The notes under the pieces are model-generated. The model worked only from the letters and a program-made list of their open reading frames with translations, made no database searches and was not told where the DNA came from. This document shows positions 26,496-35,798 of a DNA stretch of 45,547 nt, piece after piece. The stretch comes from Candidatus Woesearchaeota archaeon (GTDB lineage Archaea > Nanobdellota > Nanobdellia > Woesearchaeales > CG1-02-33-12), in assembly GCA_018399355.1 (NCBI GenBank), contig JAGYOA010000002.1, positions 1 to 45,547 of the forward strand. Direction: 5' to 3'. The translations under genes and the position numbers were made by a program. Every line of letters begins with the position of its first letter. The first letter of the stretch is position 1.

Positions 26496-26588
26496 AAAAA
26501 TATAATTGCTTAGTAATATTATTTTTATTTTATTAATTTTTCTTTTTAAAGTAGTAACAATTATAAATATTGAAATCTTTCTTGATTT

Positions 26589-29500
26589 ATGGCCCTAGAA
26601 GCACTGCTCACGGATATTCAGGCAATACCTGATAGAGGAGAGATTTTCCTTAGCTTCAGGGATGCCCACAAAAAAGAGCAGGTTGATTTGGGAAATCTTT
26701 ATTTAATAGATCAAAAACATATTTTTTTCACTGGAATTCTTGGAAAAAATAAAGGGCCAAAGCTCCAATCAAAAAAATTTCCTAGAGAATGGGATAAGCT
26801 TCAAAAACAGATTCAAAACATCCAGAAAGATGATGAATCATTCTATAATTTTTGTGATGTAATGAAAAATATAAGGTCAGCTTTTGAAAAAAATAATTTA
26901 AGCATGATTGATTTTTTAGACTATGAAAGGATTAAGGATTCTTATTGGTTCATATACCAGCTTTACGCTGATATGAGGCTAAAAAATATTCTTCCTGATG
27001 ATTTTATAAAGGAGGATTATACCCAATGGGCAAGGCGAAGATTGACATGTCCCGCAAAGTTTGTTGTGCTTGATGATTATGTTGTCAAGGCATTTAAATC
27101 CAGGAATAAAATAAAAGACAAGCTTATTAATTTAAGGGAAGATCTTGATTCTCTTTCAGCTAAAGGCTATGCAACAAGAAGGATAAATGTTCTTGATGAT
27201 ATTTTTGATAAAAATCCACACATAAAAGAAAAAGAACTTTTTAATCTCAAAGAGAATATTGAATGTTTGAAAAATCTAGATTATAATTTAATAAAAAAAA
27301 GAAAAGAAATAAATGATGAGATCGAGAATGCAAACAAGCTTCTTAATGATGATGTAAAGATAGTTTATTCAAAGGCTGAAAAAAATAAAAAACCTGAACT
27401 GAGAATAGAGAAAAAAGAGGATATTTTCCTTAAAAAATCAAGGGTGCCGTCTCTTGATGAGATTGTTAATTTTAAATGGGCTTTTATTGATATTGAAATC
27501 CCTCATTTCAAGAGAAGAAATGCTGGAATAACTTGGATAGGAGCCAAGTATTATGATGGTGAAAAAATCCTGTCTAAAATCCATACAATTCATAATGTTA
27601 CTCCTGATTCCTCTAAGGGTTACCAAATTATAAAATATAAAAGCATTCAGGAAATGATTGAAAGCTTTACAAAAGAAATGAATGATTTTAATCCAGATAT
27701 AGTTTCAACTTATAACACAAGATTTGACCTCATAAAACTAAGGGAAACAATTTCCGGGTTTTTTATTGGAGAACAAAGAAGAGATTCTGCAGGCCAGGAC
27801 ACAAAAACAAATCCAATATACAAGGTAACCACTAAGTTTTTTGAAAGAATAGACATAATTAACAGGATGGTCATTGATTTTTTCAGATGGCAAAAGATTG
27901 CAAGGGCTTATGATATAAACGCAAAGCTTGAAATGGCTGCAGGTTTCAAAAAAAGCATAAGCTACGATCTTCTTGCAAAACTTGAAGATTATTGTATAAG
28001 GGGTGAAAAAAGAGGAGAGAAGGCATCAGGCATAATTTCAAAATATCTTGTAAATGATGTTGATTCTTTGTCTTCATTGCTTAATCTTAATGAGTTTAGG
28101 AAGAATATGAAAGATGTTCTTTGGATGTCTGAAAAATTTAACATAAGTATAGAGAGATTACTTCACATGCCGAATGTAATAAATGAGTTTCAGGAAGAGG
28201 GATATTTTAAACAGATGGGGATAACAAGAAAACATATTTTTCCTTATATCAAAAACAAACAGACAAATGAAATGGAAAGAAAATGTATAGATTACTTTAC
28301 AAAAAAGATTGTGGCAAAATCAGTAAAAAGAGAGGGTATAAAAGGAGTTTCAGAAGATGTTTACAAAGTATTTATCCCTATTGGCGATTTTTTCAGAGGT
28401 CCTTTATCAGAACGTTCAAAAAAGATCGCTGAATTTTTTGAATACAAAGATAGTTTAGCTGAAGACAAACAAAGAGTCTTCTTTCTTGAGCAGTATGCAA
28501 ATGCATTCAGTAGGTGGATTGCTGTGGACTATTCAAGGTTCTTAAAAGATAAAGACAAATTTGACAAAACGATTTCAAAAAACAAAACAAAATTCAGCGA
28601 GATAAGAGAAATCTATTACAATCTGCAGAAAAGCATTTCCAAAAAGCAAGATATTAAACTTTCAAAAAAATTCAATAACGGGAATATTACCATTAAAGAT
28701 ATTGAGGAATCAATTGATAAAAACATTAATTCATTTATAGAAGAAAAAAGCATTAAAACAGAAGAACTTTCAAAAATTATCAAATTTTATTCAAATACAA
28801 GAAAAAAACAAAGCCACTTTTTTGGAAACTACCAGAGAGGACCATCAGAAATTGAAAAAATAATTAATGAAAGATTCAACAGAATAAATGATTTCATTGA
28901 AAAAAATAATTTTGAAGTTGTTGCAAAAGAGGGAAACTATCTTTATTTGAAAGGCAATAAATCAGCACTTCAGAGAAAAGGTGCCCCTTTAGTTATGGTT
29001 GATGAGATAAAAAAACTTTACAATTCAGACAAGGTTTACTATGAAAAGAATGGATTTTTCTCAAATATACAATTCAAAGACCATCCAGGTTATCATCTTT
29101 CCATGTTCGAGATGAACACATACAAGGTGATGATTGAAAATCTTATGGAAAACAATGAAGAAAAGGCAAAAAAAGCGTATAATCTTGCTTCAAATATAGC
29201 CTATATAAAAAGGCTTGAGAAAAACAATTTCTTTTTTGAAAACAAGTCAAAACAAAGATATTCGGCATTTGTTAAGAATAGTGAATACAAAAACGGGAAA
29301 ATCTATTTTATGTTAAAGAAAGATTACAACCTAATTGAAACAAATTCTGAAATTCATTATGACTTTAATAAAAACATGCTTTATTTTTTTGATGAAAGAG
29401 ATAAAGACCCAGTTAAGGTTTATGTTATGAATGAACAGAGAGTTTCAATGCTTAACCTAGACTTTGATAAATATCAGGAAAGATTAGCTAAGAGAGGAAA

Positions 29501-29594
29501 TGATATAATAAAAGGTGCTGAAAAAGAAAAAAAGAAGCCAAAAACAAAACAATTATCATTTAACATTTGTCCAACAAAAGATATTTATAAATAA
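26589..29594 (+). CDS. Family-B DNA polymerase-like protein: intact 3'-5' exonuclease motifs, degenerate polymerase motifs
   Basis: ExoI is WAFIDIEI (D301/E303). ExoII is TYNTRFDLIKL (N376/D380). ExoIII is KYLVNDVDSL (Y486/D490). The spacings (about 75 and about 105 aa) are as in PolB. Candidate motif A is IPIGDFFRGPLS (D600), motif B is RKKQSHFFGNY (738-748), motif C is VVAKEGNYLYL (777-787, DTD replaced by EGN), and KxY is KKLY (808-811). Confidence 0.55.
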   Translation: MALEALLTDIQAIPDRGEIFLSFRDAHKKEQVDLGNLYLIDQKHIFFTGILGKNKGPKLQSKKFPREWDKLQKQIQNIQKDDESFYNFCDVMKNIRSAFEKNNLSMIDFLDYERIKDSYWFIYQLYADMRLKNILPDDFIKEDYTQWARRRLTCPAKFVVLDDYVVKAFKSRNKIKDKLINLREDLDSLSAKGYATRRINVLDDIFDKNPHIKEKELFNLKENIECLKNLDYNLIKKRKEINDEIENANKLLNDDVKIVYSKAEKNKKPELRIEKKEDIFLKKSRVPSLDEIVNFKWAFIDIEIPHFKRRNAGITWIGAKYYDGEKILSKIHTIHNVTPDSSKGYQIIKYKSIQEMIESFTKEMNDFNPDIVSTYNTRFDLIKLRETISGFFIGEQRRDSAGQDTKTNPIYKVTTKFFERIDIINRMVIDFFRWQKIARAYDINAKLEMAAGFKKSISYDLLAKLEDYCIRGEKRGEKASGIISKYLVNDVDSLSSLLNLNEFRKNMKDVLWMSEKFNISIERLLHMPNVINEFQEEGYFKQMGITRKHIFPYIKNKQTNEMERKCIDYFTKKIVAKSVKREGIKGVSEDVYKVFIPIGDFFRGPLSERSKKIAEFFEYKDSLAEDKQRVFFLEQYANAFSRWIAVDYSRFLKDKDKFDKTISKNKTKFSEIREIYYNLQKSISKKQDIKLSKKFNNGNITIKDIEESIDKNINSFIEEKSIKTEELSKIIKFYSNTRKKQSHFFGNYQRGPSEIEKIINERFNRINDFIEKNNFEVVAKEGNYLYLKGNKSALQRKGAPLVMVDEIKKLYNSDKVYYEKNGFFSNIQFKDHPGYHLSMFEMNTYKVMIENLMENNEEKAKKAYNLASNIAYIKRLEKNNFFFENKSKQRYSAFVKNSEYKNGKIYFMLKKDYNLIETNSEIHYDFNKNMLYFFDERDKDPVKVYVMNEQRVSMLNLDFDKYQERLAKRGNDIIKGAEKEKKKPKTKQLSFNICPTKDIYK

Positions 29595-29612
29595 AGTTTA
29601 TTAATAAAATAA

Positions 29613-29930
29613 ATGAAAAATACATCAAAAAGACTTGGAGACAGCGTATCAAATCACTGTGTTTATGATTACAAAAAAAGAGTTAAGGATGGTCCTGAAA
29701 AAAGAAATGCTACTGCCAATGATTTGAGAAAAATTATCAGAAATGCCTTAAATGAAACTAAATCTAAACCTGTCCTTGATTTCGGCAATACTCAAATATA
29801 CAATGTAAAATTTAGAAAAATGGGTAATCCTTATTATTTAATAACAATAATGGATATATCAAAAGGAAGAGTCGTTGAAAGTATATACACTCAGGAAATG
29901 TATGAGGACAAATATAAGAATTACTTGTAA
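29613..29930 (+). CDS. Hypothetical small protein
   Basis: 105-aa ORF 18 nt downstream of the PolB-like gene on the same strand. No motif recognised securely. Confidence 0.4.
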   Translation: MKNTSKRLGDSVSNHCVYDYKKRVKDGPEKRNATANDLRKIIRNALNETKSKPVLDFGNTQIYNVKFRKMGNPYYLITIMDISKGRVVESIYTQEMYEDKYKNYL

Positions 29931-29952
29931 AACTAACTAATAAGATCAAGAA

Positions 29953-30414
29953 TTATTTCTTTGTTGATTTGGCCTTTGTTTTAGTCTTAGTGGATTTTTT
30001 GACTGTGCTCTTGGCCTTAGGGACAGCTTTTTTCTTTGGCTTTGTTTCTGTTTTTTTCTCTGTTTTTGATTTAGGGGTTTCTTTTTCTTTTAAAGTTTCT
30101 TTCTTTGCTGTTTCTTTTGGTTCTGGCTTTTCTTTTTTAGCTGCCTGAGCTGTTTTTGCTTTCTTGCTTCTTTTCTGTTTTTCCTTGACTTCAATACCCT
30201 CTTTCTTAAGCTCCTTTAAAACATCATCATGTGAAATTCCTTTCTTAATCTTTAAAACCTTATCCAATGGCTCTAAGTGCTTTACATTGCACTTTCTCCT
30301 TCTTGTCTGGCCATCAATCATAACATAAGAATCATCAACTATATCAACAACAACGCATTTCAATCCAGCGTCCCTTCCGGCTATCTTAACACATAATCTT
30401 CCTAATTCAAACAT
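29953..30414 (-). CDS. rpl14e: 50S ribosomal protein L14e (eL14) with about 75-aa Lys-rich C-terminal tail
   Basis: The KOW-type N-domain MFELGRLCVKIAGRDAGLKCVVVDIVDD...RRRKCNVKHLEP is followed by the tail KKAKTAQAAKKEKPEPKE...KTKTKAKSTKK. Confidence 0.85.
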   Translation of the reverse strand: MFELGRLCVKIAGRDAGLKCVVVDIVDDSYVMIDGQTRRRKCNVKHLEPLDKVLKIKKGISHDDVLKELKKEGIEVKEKQKRSKKAKTAQAAKKEKPEPKETAKKETLKEKETPKSKTEKKTETKPKKKAVPKAKSTVKKSTKTKTKAKSTKK

Positions 30415-30670
30415 TTTTACCTTTAATCTCTTCTCTCATGCATTTAGAGCATAATGCTCCGCCATATGGCCTTGAAGGCCTTTTCTTTGTTTTGGCCATT
30501 GATTGCATCTTGTAAGGCCTCTCACTGGCAACACCCTTTAAGACAGCCCCGCACTTAATGCATTTGGCCTTGGAAGGTTTTCTCTTCCTATAGCTGATGC
30601 TAACAGTATTTCCGGGCTTTTTCACATAAACCCTTCTCATTGACCTTGATTTGTGTTTTCCTGAAGGCAT
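30407..30670 (-). CDS. rpl34e: 50S ribosomal protein L34e (eL34)
   Basis: MPSGKHKSRSMRRVYVKKPGN...CIKCGAVLKGV...CSKC is a typical eL34 zinc-ribbon pattern. Confidence 0.85.
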   Translation of the reverse strand: MPSGKHKSRSMRRVYVKKPGNTVSISYRKRKPSKAKCIKCGAVLKGVASERPYKMQSMAKTKKRPSRPYGGALCSKCMREEIKGKNV

Positions 30671-30725
30671 TTTCTTTTCCTCTAAAAGGGGTAAATCAGC
30701 TTATTTAAAAAGCTTTTGAAAAGAA

Positions 30726-31511
30726 TTAAACAACATTTAAAATTTTTCTTAAAGCAATACTGAATACCATTGCAAAGATTATATAGGTTCCGAGCCATCC
30801 TATTCCAAACAAGGGCCTTATTGGCTCATTTTCAATCTTTATTGACTTTAATGCTGTTCCATCATTAATTTTTAATTCAGGTTCTTCATATTTTCTTTCA
30901 TCTGTTATCAGCAAATCCTTTTCATAAATTTTTTCCTCATACTCAAATCTGATAGTATATCTTCCTTCAAGCCCTTCTAACCTAAAGTTTGCGCTTCCAA
31001 CCCAATTTGTGCCAAATAATTTTTTTATTCCAACACTTTCTATTTTTTTTATGTTCTCACTGACAATTTCAATTCCTTCATTAGGAATAGTTTCAATTAA
31101 AGCAACATCTCTTCCTATTGCAGAAGGGTCAAATGTAAGAGTTACATCAAAATCCTGCCCAGGCATTATAGGATAATAGGCCATATGGGCATTAAGCCAT
31201 CCAAATATTAATATTATAGGTAAGAATGAAAAAAGCATAGGCTTCAAGGAGTGCTTCATAAATTCCATGTTTTTTTCCATGGCTTTTTTCTGTATATCCA
31301 TCATTTTTTTTGGATCGTCCTTGCATTTTTTCATCTCATCTTGATGGCCTTTCATCTCATCCTTTATTTCCTTCATCTTTTTCTGGTCGGTTGTAAATTT
31401 ATGAATGATTGTTATAATGAAAGTAACTATAAAAGCGAATATAGCTATTGAGAATATTGGCTGCATTTTAAGAAGAGGAGAGAATATAGGGTCTAAAATA
31501 GATTCAAGCAT
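30726..31511 (-). CDS. DUF106 / EMC3-TMCO1-like (archaeal YidC/Oxa1-like) membrane protein with about 115-aa insertion
   Basis: TM1 is followed by a Lys/Met-rich coiled coil (KKMKEIKDEMKGHQDEMKKCKDDPKKMMDIQKKAMEKNMEFMK), then TM2. The position after secY is conserved. The ATG at 31511 is preferred over the track GTG at 31523, which overlaps secY. An extra soluble segment lies between TM2 and the last TM. Confidence 0.65.
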   Translation of the reverse strand: MLESILDPIFSPLLKMQPIFSIAIFAFIVTFIITIIHKFTTDQKKMKEIKDEMKGHQDEMKKCKDDPKKMMDIQKKAMEKNMEFMKHSLKPMLFSFLPIILIFGWLNAHMAYYPIMPGQDFDVTLTFDPSAIGRDVALIETIPNEGIEIVSENIKKIESVGIKKLFGTNWVGSANFRLEGLEGRYTIRFEYEEKIYEKDLLITDERKYEEPELKINDGTALKSIKIENEPIRPLFGIGWLGTYIIFAMVFSIALRKILNVV

Positions 31512-31512
31512 T

Positions 31513-32910
31513 TTATGAGCCACCCATGAACTTTCTCATCATTGGGTTCATGTCCATCATGTGCTGCTTTGAAATCTCTTCATAAAGCTTGTATATTATC
31601 ATAACTGTTAATAATATTCCTGTTCCGCTGCTTAATGCCCCTATCAAATCAGCTATAGAAGCAAGAAAGCCAATGGCTATTCCTCCCATAATAGTTAAAG
31701 GGTGTATATATCTCTTTAATAAATGCTCTAATATTCTTTGGTCTTTCCTAAATCCTGGAATCTGCAATCCAGAAGACATTATTTGCTTTGCCTGGCTTCT
31801 TGCATCCATTCCAGATGCCTGGACCCAGAATATTGAAAATATCACACATCCTGCAATCATAAAAAGCATGTATATCCCTGCCTGAATAAAATGAGTGCTT
31901 GTAACATTTCCCCTTATTATGCTTCCTACTAGATCAGGTGAATAAAGCCATGCAACAATCCCACTTTGAGGATTGCCTTGTGCAGAGAAAGTTCCTAATA
32001 TAGGATAGCCCCAGTTCTGTAAAAATCTTGCAAAAAGCTGCATGTTTGCCATTAATGCAGAAACAAGTATAACAGGAATAACCCCTGTGTACATAAATGA
32101 CAAAGGCCACCTTATTCCATAACCACGAATTCTTCCAAAGCTTAAGGGTATTTCAATTTTCATTGCCTGCGCATAAACCGCAATCATAAATACAACTACT
32201 GTTGAAATAACAGCAGCTAACATAAGTCCTGCTGTAACAGGGTCTCCTATTGAAAGTGATTGAAATAATGCAGGAATTGCTCCTGTTGCAACTCCAGGAT
32301 TAAGTGGAGAAGGTAATGGAGATAGTGCCCTTATAAATATTGTCTGGCTTACTCCTGCTGCAATAAACAAGGATATTCCTGAGCCAAATCCCCATTTGCT
32401 TACAACTTCATCCATAAACAAAAGCATAAGGCCGCCAAGGCATAACTGGAATACAAGCAATAACTGCAATGTTAAATAAACACTCTGCCCTATAAATGCA
32501 GGGTCAGGTGCAAGTCCTCCCATAAAAACAAAGATAAACCCTTCTATAACTATTAAGGCTATTGCCAAAAGTTTTTGTATTCCCTGGAATCTTTTCTTGC
32601 CTTCATGGGTTGTTAAGTCCATATTAAGGATTCCTGAACCATTCAAAAGCTGAAGTATAATAGATGCTGTAACTATAGGACCGATTCCCAAAGAAATCAA
32701 TGAGCCAAAGTTTGCTGCCAAAACTGTTGAAAGATATTCAAACTGGGCAAGCGCATTATGACCAAGCCCAAACAAGGGTATCATTCCAAGAATAAAAAAT
32801 AATACAAGGACTATTCCTGTCCATTTCAGCTTTTCCTTGAAAGAAAGCTTTTTTTGGGTTGGCCCTGTAACCTCTGGGAGGTTTTCGATTAATCCGTCAA
32901 TAAGGCTCAT
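31513..32910 (-). CDS. secY: Protein translocase subunit SecY
   Basis: 465 aa, 10 TM, conserved position after L15, with GIGPIVTASIILQLL and GISLFIAAG motifs. Confidence 0.95.
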   Translation of the reverse strand: MSLIDGLIENLPEVTGPTQKKLSFKEKLKWTGIVLVLFFILGMIPLFGLGHNALAQFEYLSTVLAANFGSLISLGIGPIVTASIILQLLNGSGILNMDLTTHEGKKRFQGIQKLLAIALIVIEGFIFVFMGGLAPDPAFIGQSVYLTLQLLLVFQLCLGGLMLLFMDEVVSKWGFGSGISLFIAAGVSQTIFIRALSPLPSPLNPGVATGAIPALFQSLSIGDPVTAGLMLAAVISTVVVFMIAVYAQAMKIEIPLSFGRIRGYGIRWPLSFMYTGVIPVILVSALMANMQLFARFLQNWGYPILGTFSAQGNPQSGIVAWLYSPDLVGSIIRGNVTSTHFIQAGIYMLFMIAGCVIFSIFWVQASGMDARSQAKQIMSSGLQIPGFRKDQRILEHLLKRYIHPLTIMGGIAIGFLASIADLIGALSSGTGILLTVMIIYKLYEEISKQHMMDMNPMMRKFMGGS

Positions 32911-32915
32911 TTTGA

Positions 32916-33422
32916 TTATTCTTCTTTTGATTTTTTACTAATCTTTTTATTTTTTTGAACAGGAATATCTATCTTTTCTTTGACATCAACATTTCCGCCT
33001 GCTTTTTCAATCTTTTCAACAGATTTTTTTGATGCATAGTTGCATATTATATTAAGCTTTTTTGTAGGATTGCCCTCGCTTAAAAGCTTGTTAAAACCCA
33101 GCTTTTCAAGGTCAATGACATAAGTATCATTACTTTTCTCGATTAGTTTTTTCAATAAAAATGATTCAAGGTTCTGCTCAATTGCCTTTATATTTATTGC
33201 ATTTATCTTGATAATTATTTTTTTCGGCCTCTTAAATCCATATTTGCCAAAGTATTTCTTGTTTTTCCATATCTTGGTTTTTTTAGCGTCTCCTCTCTTG
33301 CCTGTTCCTGCCATTCCTCTTCCGCCGCGGGAACCAGCCCCTCTATGTTTTTTCATAGAGCCCCATCCATGTGTCTTGGAGCCACGCATCTTTATATTTT
33401 TCTTTCTTATTTTTACAACCAT
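32916..33422 (-). CDS. rpl15: 50S ribosomal protein L15 (uL15)
   Basis: RGSKTHGWGSMKKHRGAGSRGGRGMAGTGKR, and operon position. Confidence 0.9.
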   Translation of the reverse strand: MVVKIRKKNIKMRGSKTHGWGSMKKHRGAGSRGGRGMAGTGKRGDAKKTKIWKNKKYFGKYGFKRPKKIIIKINAINIKAIEQNLESFLLKKLIEKSNDTYVIDLEKLGFNKLLSEGNPTKKLNIICNYASKKSVEKIEKAGGNVDVKEKIDIPVQKNKKISKKSKEE

Positions 33423-33875
33423 TTAAATCATCCTTTTTATGAGGTCATTAATCTTGTCTTTTCTGTATCCAAGAGCACCTCCATTTGAAAAAGGCACCTT
33501 TATTCCCTTTCTTTCAAAACCTTTTCTTGGAGGGCTTAGTCTGAAATACTTTTTGTATTTTTTTCCGTTAATTGAAATGAACTTGTTATATTTTATTTTA
33601 TTTTTTGAGTCTGCTTCTCTTCCTTTATATTCTTCCCCTCTTTTATCTGCAAGCATTTTTAATGTTTCCTGGTTTATTTCTCCCCATGTTACATAGTCTT
33701 TTACTTTTCTGACCATATTAAGTATACTGCTGTCAACAACAGCGCAATAATTATTGTGATAAAGTCCAAGCATATCAAGAGTATCCTTTATGCTTTTTTC
33801 AACTCCAGTTATTCCTCTTATTCTTATAACTGCAAGCTGTTTTTTCTCGCTTTCCTTTTTTTTATCTTCGCTCAT
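33423..33875 (-). CDS. rpl30: 50S ribosomal protein L30 (uL30)
   Basis: LAVIRIRGITGVEKSIKDTLDMLGL, and operon position. Confidence 0.9.
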   Translation of the reverse strand: MSEDKKKESEKKQLAVIRIRGITGVEKSIKDTLDMLGLYHNNYCAVVDSSILNMVRKVKDYVTWGEINQETLKMLADKRGEEYKGREADSKNKIKYNKFISINGKKYKKYFRLSPPRKGFERKGIKVPFSNGGALGYRKDKINDLIKRMI

Positions 33876-34765
33876 TTTTTAGTTTCCTTCTTTTCTTCTT
33901 GATTTTCCTTTTTTTTAGGAGACTCTTTTTTATCTTCGTTTTCCTGTTTCTCAACATTCTTTTTTATGGTTGTTATCATATCATCTTCTGATGGCTCTTC
34001 AATATCATCTTCATTTTTCAATTCTTCTTGTTTTATTATTGAGCCTTCAACTATTCCAAGATTTTTGTAATGCCTTTCATGTATTCTTGTTGAGCTTAAC
34101 TTTTTCATTGCATCAAAACAAGCTACTATAAGATTGGTCTTGACCTTTGTCTGGCCTTTTGTTTTAGACCATACATCTCTTATTCCTGCGATCTCCAGCA
34201 TTTTCTGGCATTCCTTTTCAGTGCAAAGACCTTTCCCTTTTGGGGCAGGCATAATCTTTATTACTGCCGAGCCGCATTTTGATTCAACAGCAAAAGGTAT
34301 TGAATGAGCCTCTCCACAGCTGCACTGCCATGAGCCACAGCCGCGCCTTATTTTTATTATATTGAGCTTTGCATTTCTCATTGCTTTTTCCCTTGCAGGA
34401 ACAGTTTCCCTGCTTTTTCCATATCCAATTCCAACGTGGCCGTTCTCATCTCCAACAACTGCAAAAGCAGCAAAATGAGGCTTGTTTCCCTCGCTGGTTT
34501 TCTTCTGCGTCTGCCTGAACACCCTTCTCTGGCCTCCGCCGAACTTTCCTTTTGACTGTCCTATAAGCAAAAGCTCTGTTTTAAGGTTTGGCAGAAGAAT
34601 ATCAACTATTTCAGGCTCAAGTATAGTAAGCCCGTTATCAAGTATCTCGTCTATGTTTTTTATTTCCTGGGCCTTTACCTTCCTTCCTACTTCTGTTTTT
34701 GGATTCCATTCCAGAGCGTCAATAGGTTTCTGATTTTCCTGAACCTTTTTTTCTTTTTTAGCCAT
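33872..34765 (-). CDS. rps5: 30S ribosomal protein S5 (uS5) with acidic/Lys-rich C-terminal tail
   Basis: FAAFAVVGDENGHVGIGYGKSRETVPAREKA and operon position. About 55 extra C-terminal residues (EELKNEDDIEEPSEDD...KKETKK). Confidence 0.9.
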   Translation of the reverse strand: MAKKEKKVQENQKPIDALEWNPKTEVGRKVKAQEIKNIDEILDNGLTILEPEIVDILLPNLKTELLLIGQSKGKFGGGQRRVFRQTQKKTSEGNKPHFAAFAVVGDENGHVGIGYGKSRETVPAREKAMRNAKLNIIKIRRGCGSWQCSCGEAHSIPFAVESKCGSAVIKIMPAPKGKGLCTEKECQKMLEIAGIRDVWSKTKGQTKVKTNLIVACFDAMKKLSSTRIHERHYKNLGIVEGSIIKQEELKNEDDIEEPSEDDMITTIKKNVEKQENEDKKESPKKKENQEEKKETKK

Positions 34766-34766
34766 T

Positions 34767-35345
34767 TTATACCTTCATTATCTTTTCTTTTGTATCGCTT
34801 ATGTGCTTTTTTGCATCTTCAATATTATTTTTTATCATTAATGAAAACTGCTTTTGGTAAGCTTCATTATTTTCTTTTTTTAGTTTATCAGCATAATTTG
34901 ATATATGTTCTCCATCTATCCTTTCTTTAGGAGGAAAAACCTTTTCTGAGCATGGCACTTTTATTCCAGCATCAATAACTCCCTTTAATGCAGCATATAT
35001 CCTTGACTTTTTAACATCTACATTTAATCCAGCATCAAGGATTGCTTCGGTTATTTTTTTGTTTTTTGCTTTCTGACCCAGGATAAGCCCTGTTAAGTAT
35101 GAGGCAGGCATATTCCCTCTGCTCATTTTATAACCTAATTTTGCAAGCTCTCTTGAATTTGCTGAAACCATTATCTTATCTCCTTTAGAAGAATATTCAA
35201 CTATCTGAAGATTTATGTTTGATAAAGACTTTCTTATTACAAGCCTTGGCTTGTCTGACTTAAGCAGAGCTATCCTCTTTCTGTAATTTGTCTTGCTTTC
35301 TCTCTTCCGCCTTACAGGAACTTCCTGAATCTTATTTTTTACCAT
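34767..35345 (-). CDS. rpl18: 50S ribosomal protein L18 (uL18)
   Basis: RRKRESKTNYRKRIALLKSDKPRLVIRKSLSNINLQIV, and operon position. Confidence 0.9.
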   Translation of the reverse strand: MVKNKIQEVPVRRKRESKTNYRKRIALLKSDKPRLVIRKSLSNINLQIVEYSSKGDKIMVSANSRELAKLGYKMSRGNMPASYLTGLILGQKAKNKKITEAILDAGLNVDVKKSRIYAALKGVIDAGIKVPCSEKVFPPKERIDGEHISNYADKLKKENNEAYQKQFSLMIKNNIEDAKKHISDTKEKIMKV

Positions 35346-35796
35346 TTTTAATATTTAAAAGCTCATTTTCTTTTATGTAAATCTTTATATGATTCTTGCT
35401 TCTGAAGAATCCGCCGCTTATCTTCTTATAAAGAAGTTTATGAACATCATTTGTTATTCTTTTTTTATCCTTCAATTCCTTTATTATCTCCCTTTGAAGC
35501 CTTACCTTGTTCATCCAATTCTTTTTGCTTGGCAATCTTGCAGTATGCTTGCCTTTTCTTGAACCAGGACCTTTCATTCTTCCTTTTGATTTTTGTTGCA
35601 TAATTTTATTTGCCCTTGCCCTTGAAACACCTTTTGACTGCTTTTTGTTTATTGCCTTGTCTCTTATTAGGTTGTGAATATCTCTTTTTGTTATTGCTTC
35701 TTTTATCTCATCAAGTCTTTCATTGTCAAAGACTATCCTCTTTGCAGAGCATTTCAGCAAATCAGCAGCAAGCCTTTTTTGTGTTTTTAGTTCCAT
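35332..35796 (-). CDS. rpl19e: 50S ribosomal protein L19e (eL19)
   Basis: LKTQKRLAADLLKCSAKRIVFD...GSRKGKHTARLPSKKNWMNKVRLQR. Confidence 0.9.
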   Translation of the reverse strand: MELKTQKRLAADLLKCSAKRIVFDNERLDEIKEAITKRDIHNLIRDKAINKKQSKGVSRARANKIMQQKSKGRMKGPGSRKGKHTARLPSKKNWMNKVRLQREIIKELKDKKRITNDVHKLLYKKISGGFFRSKNHIKIYIKENELLNIKNGKK

Positions 35797-35798
35797 TT

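Noticed and set aside
26589-29930. Whether the PolB-like gene is part of a casposon or a protein-primed PolB mobile element.
   Set aside because: No Cas1, terminal protein or other element genes are adjacent. I could not find terminal inverted repeats in the flanks (26496-26588 versus 29931-29952). The neighbours are housekeeping genes.
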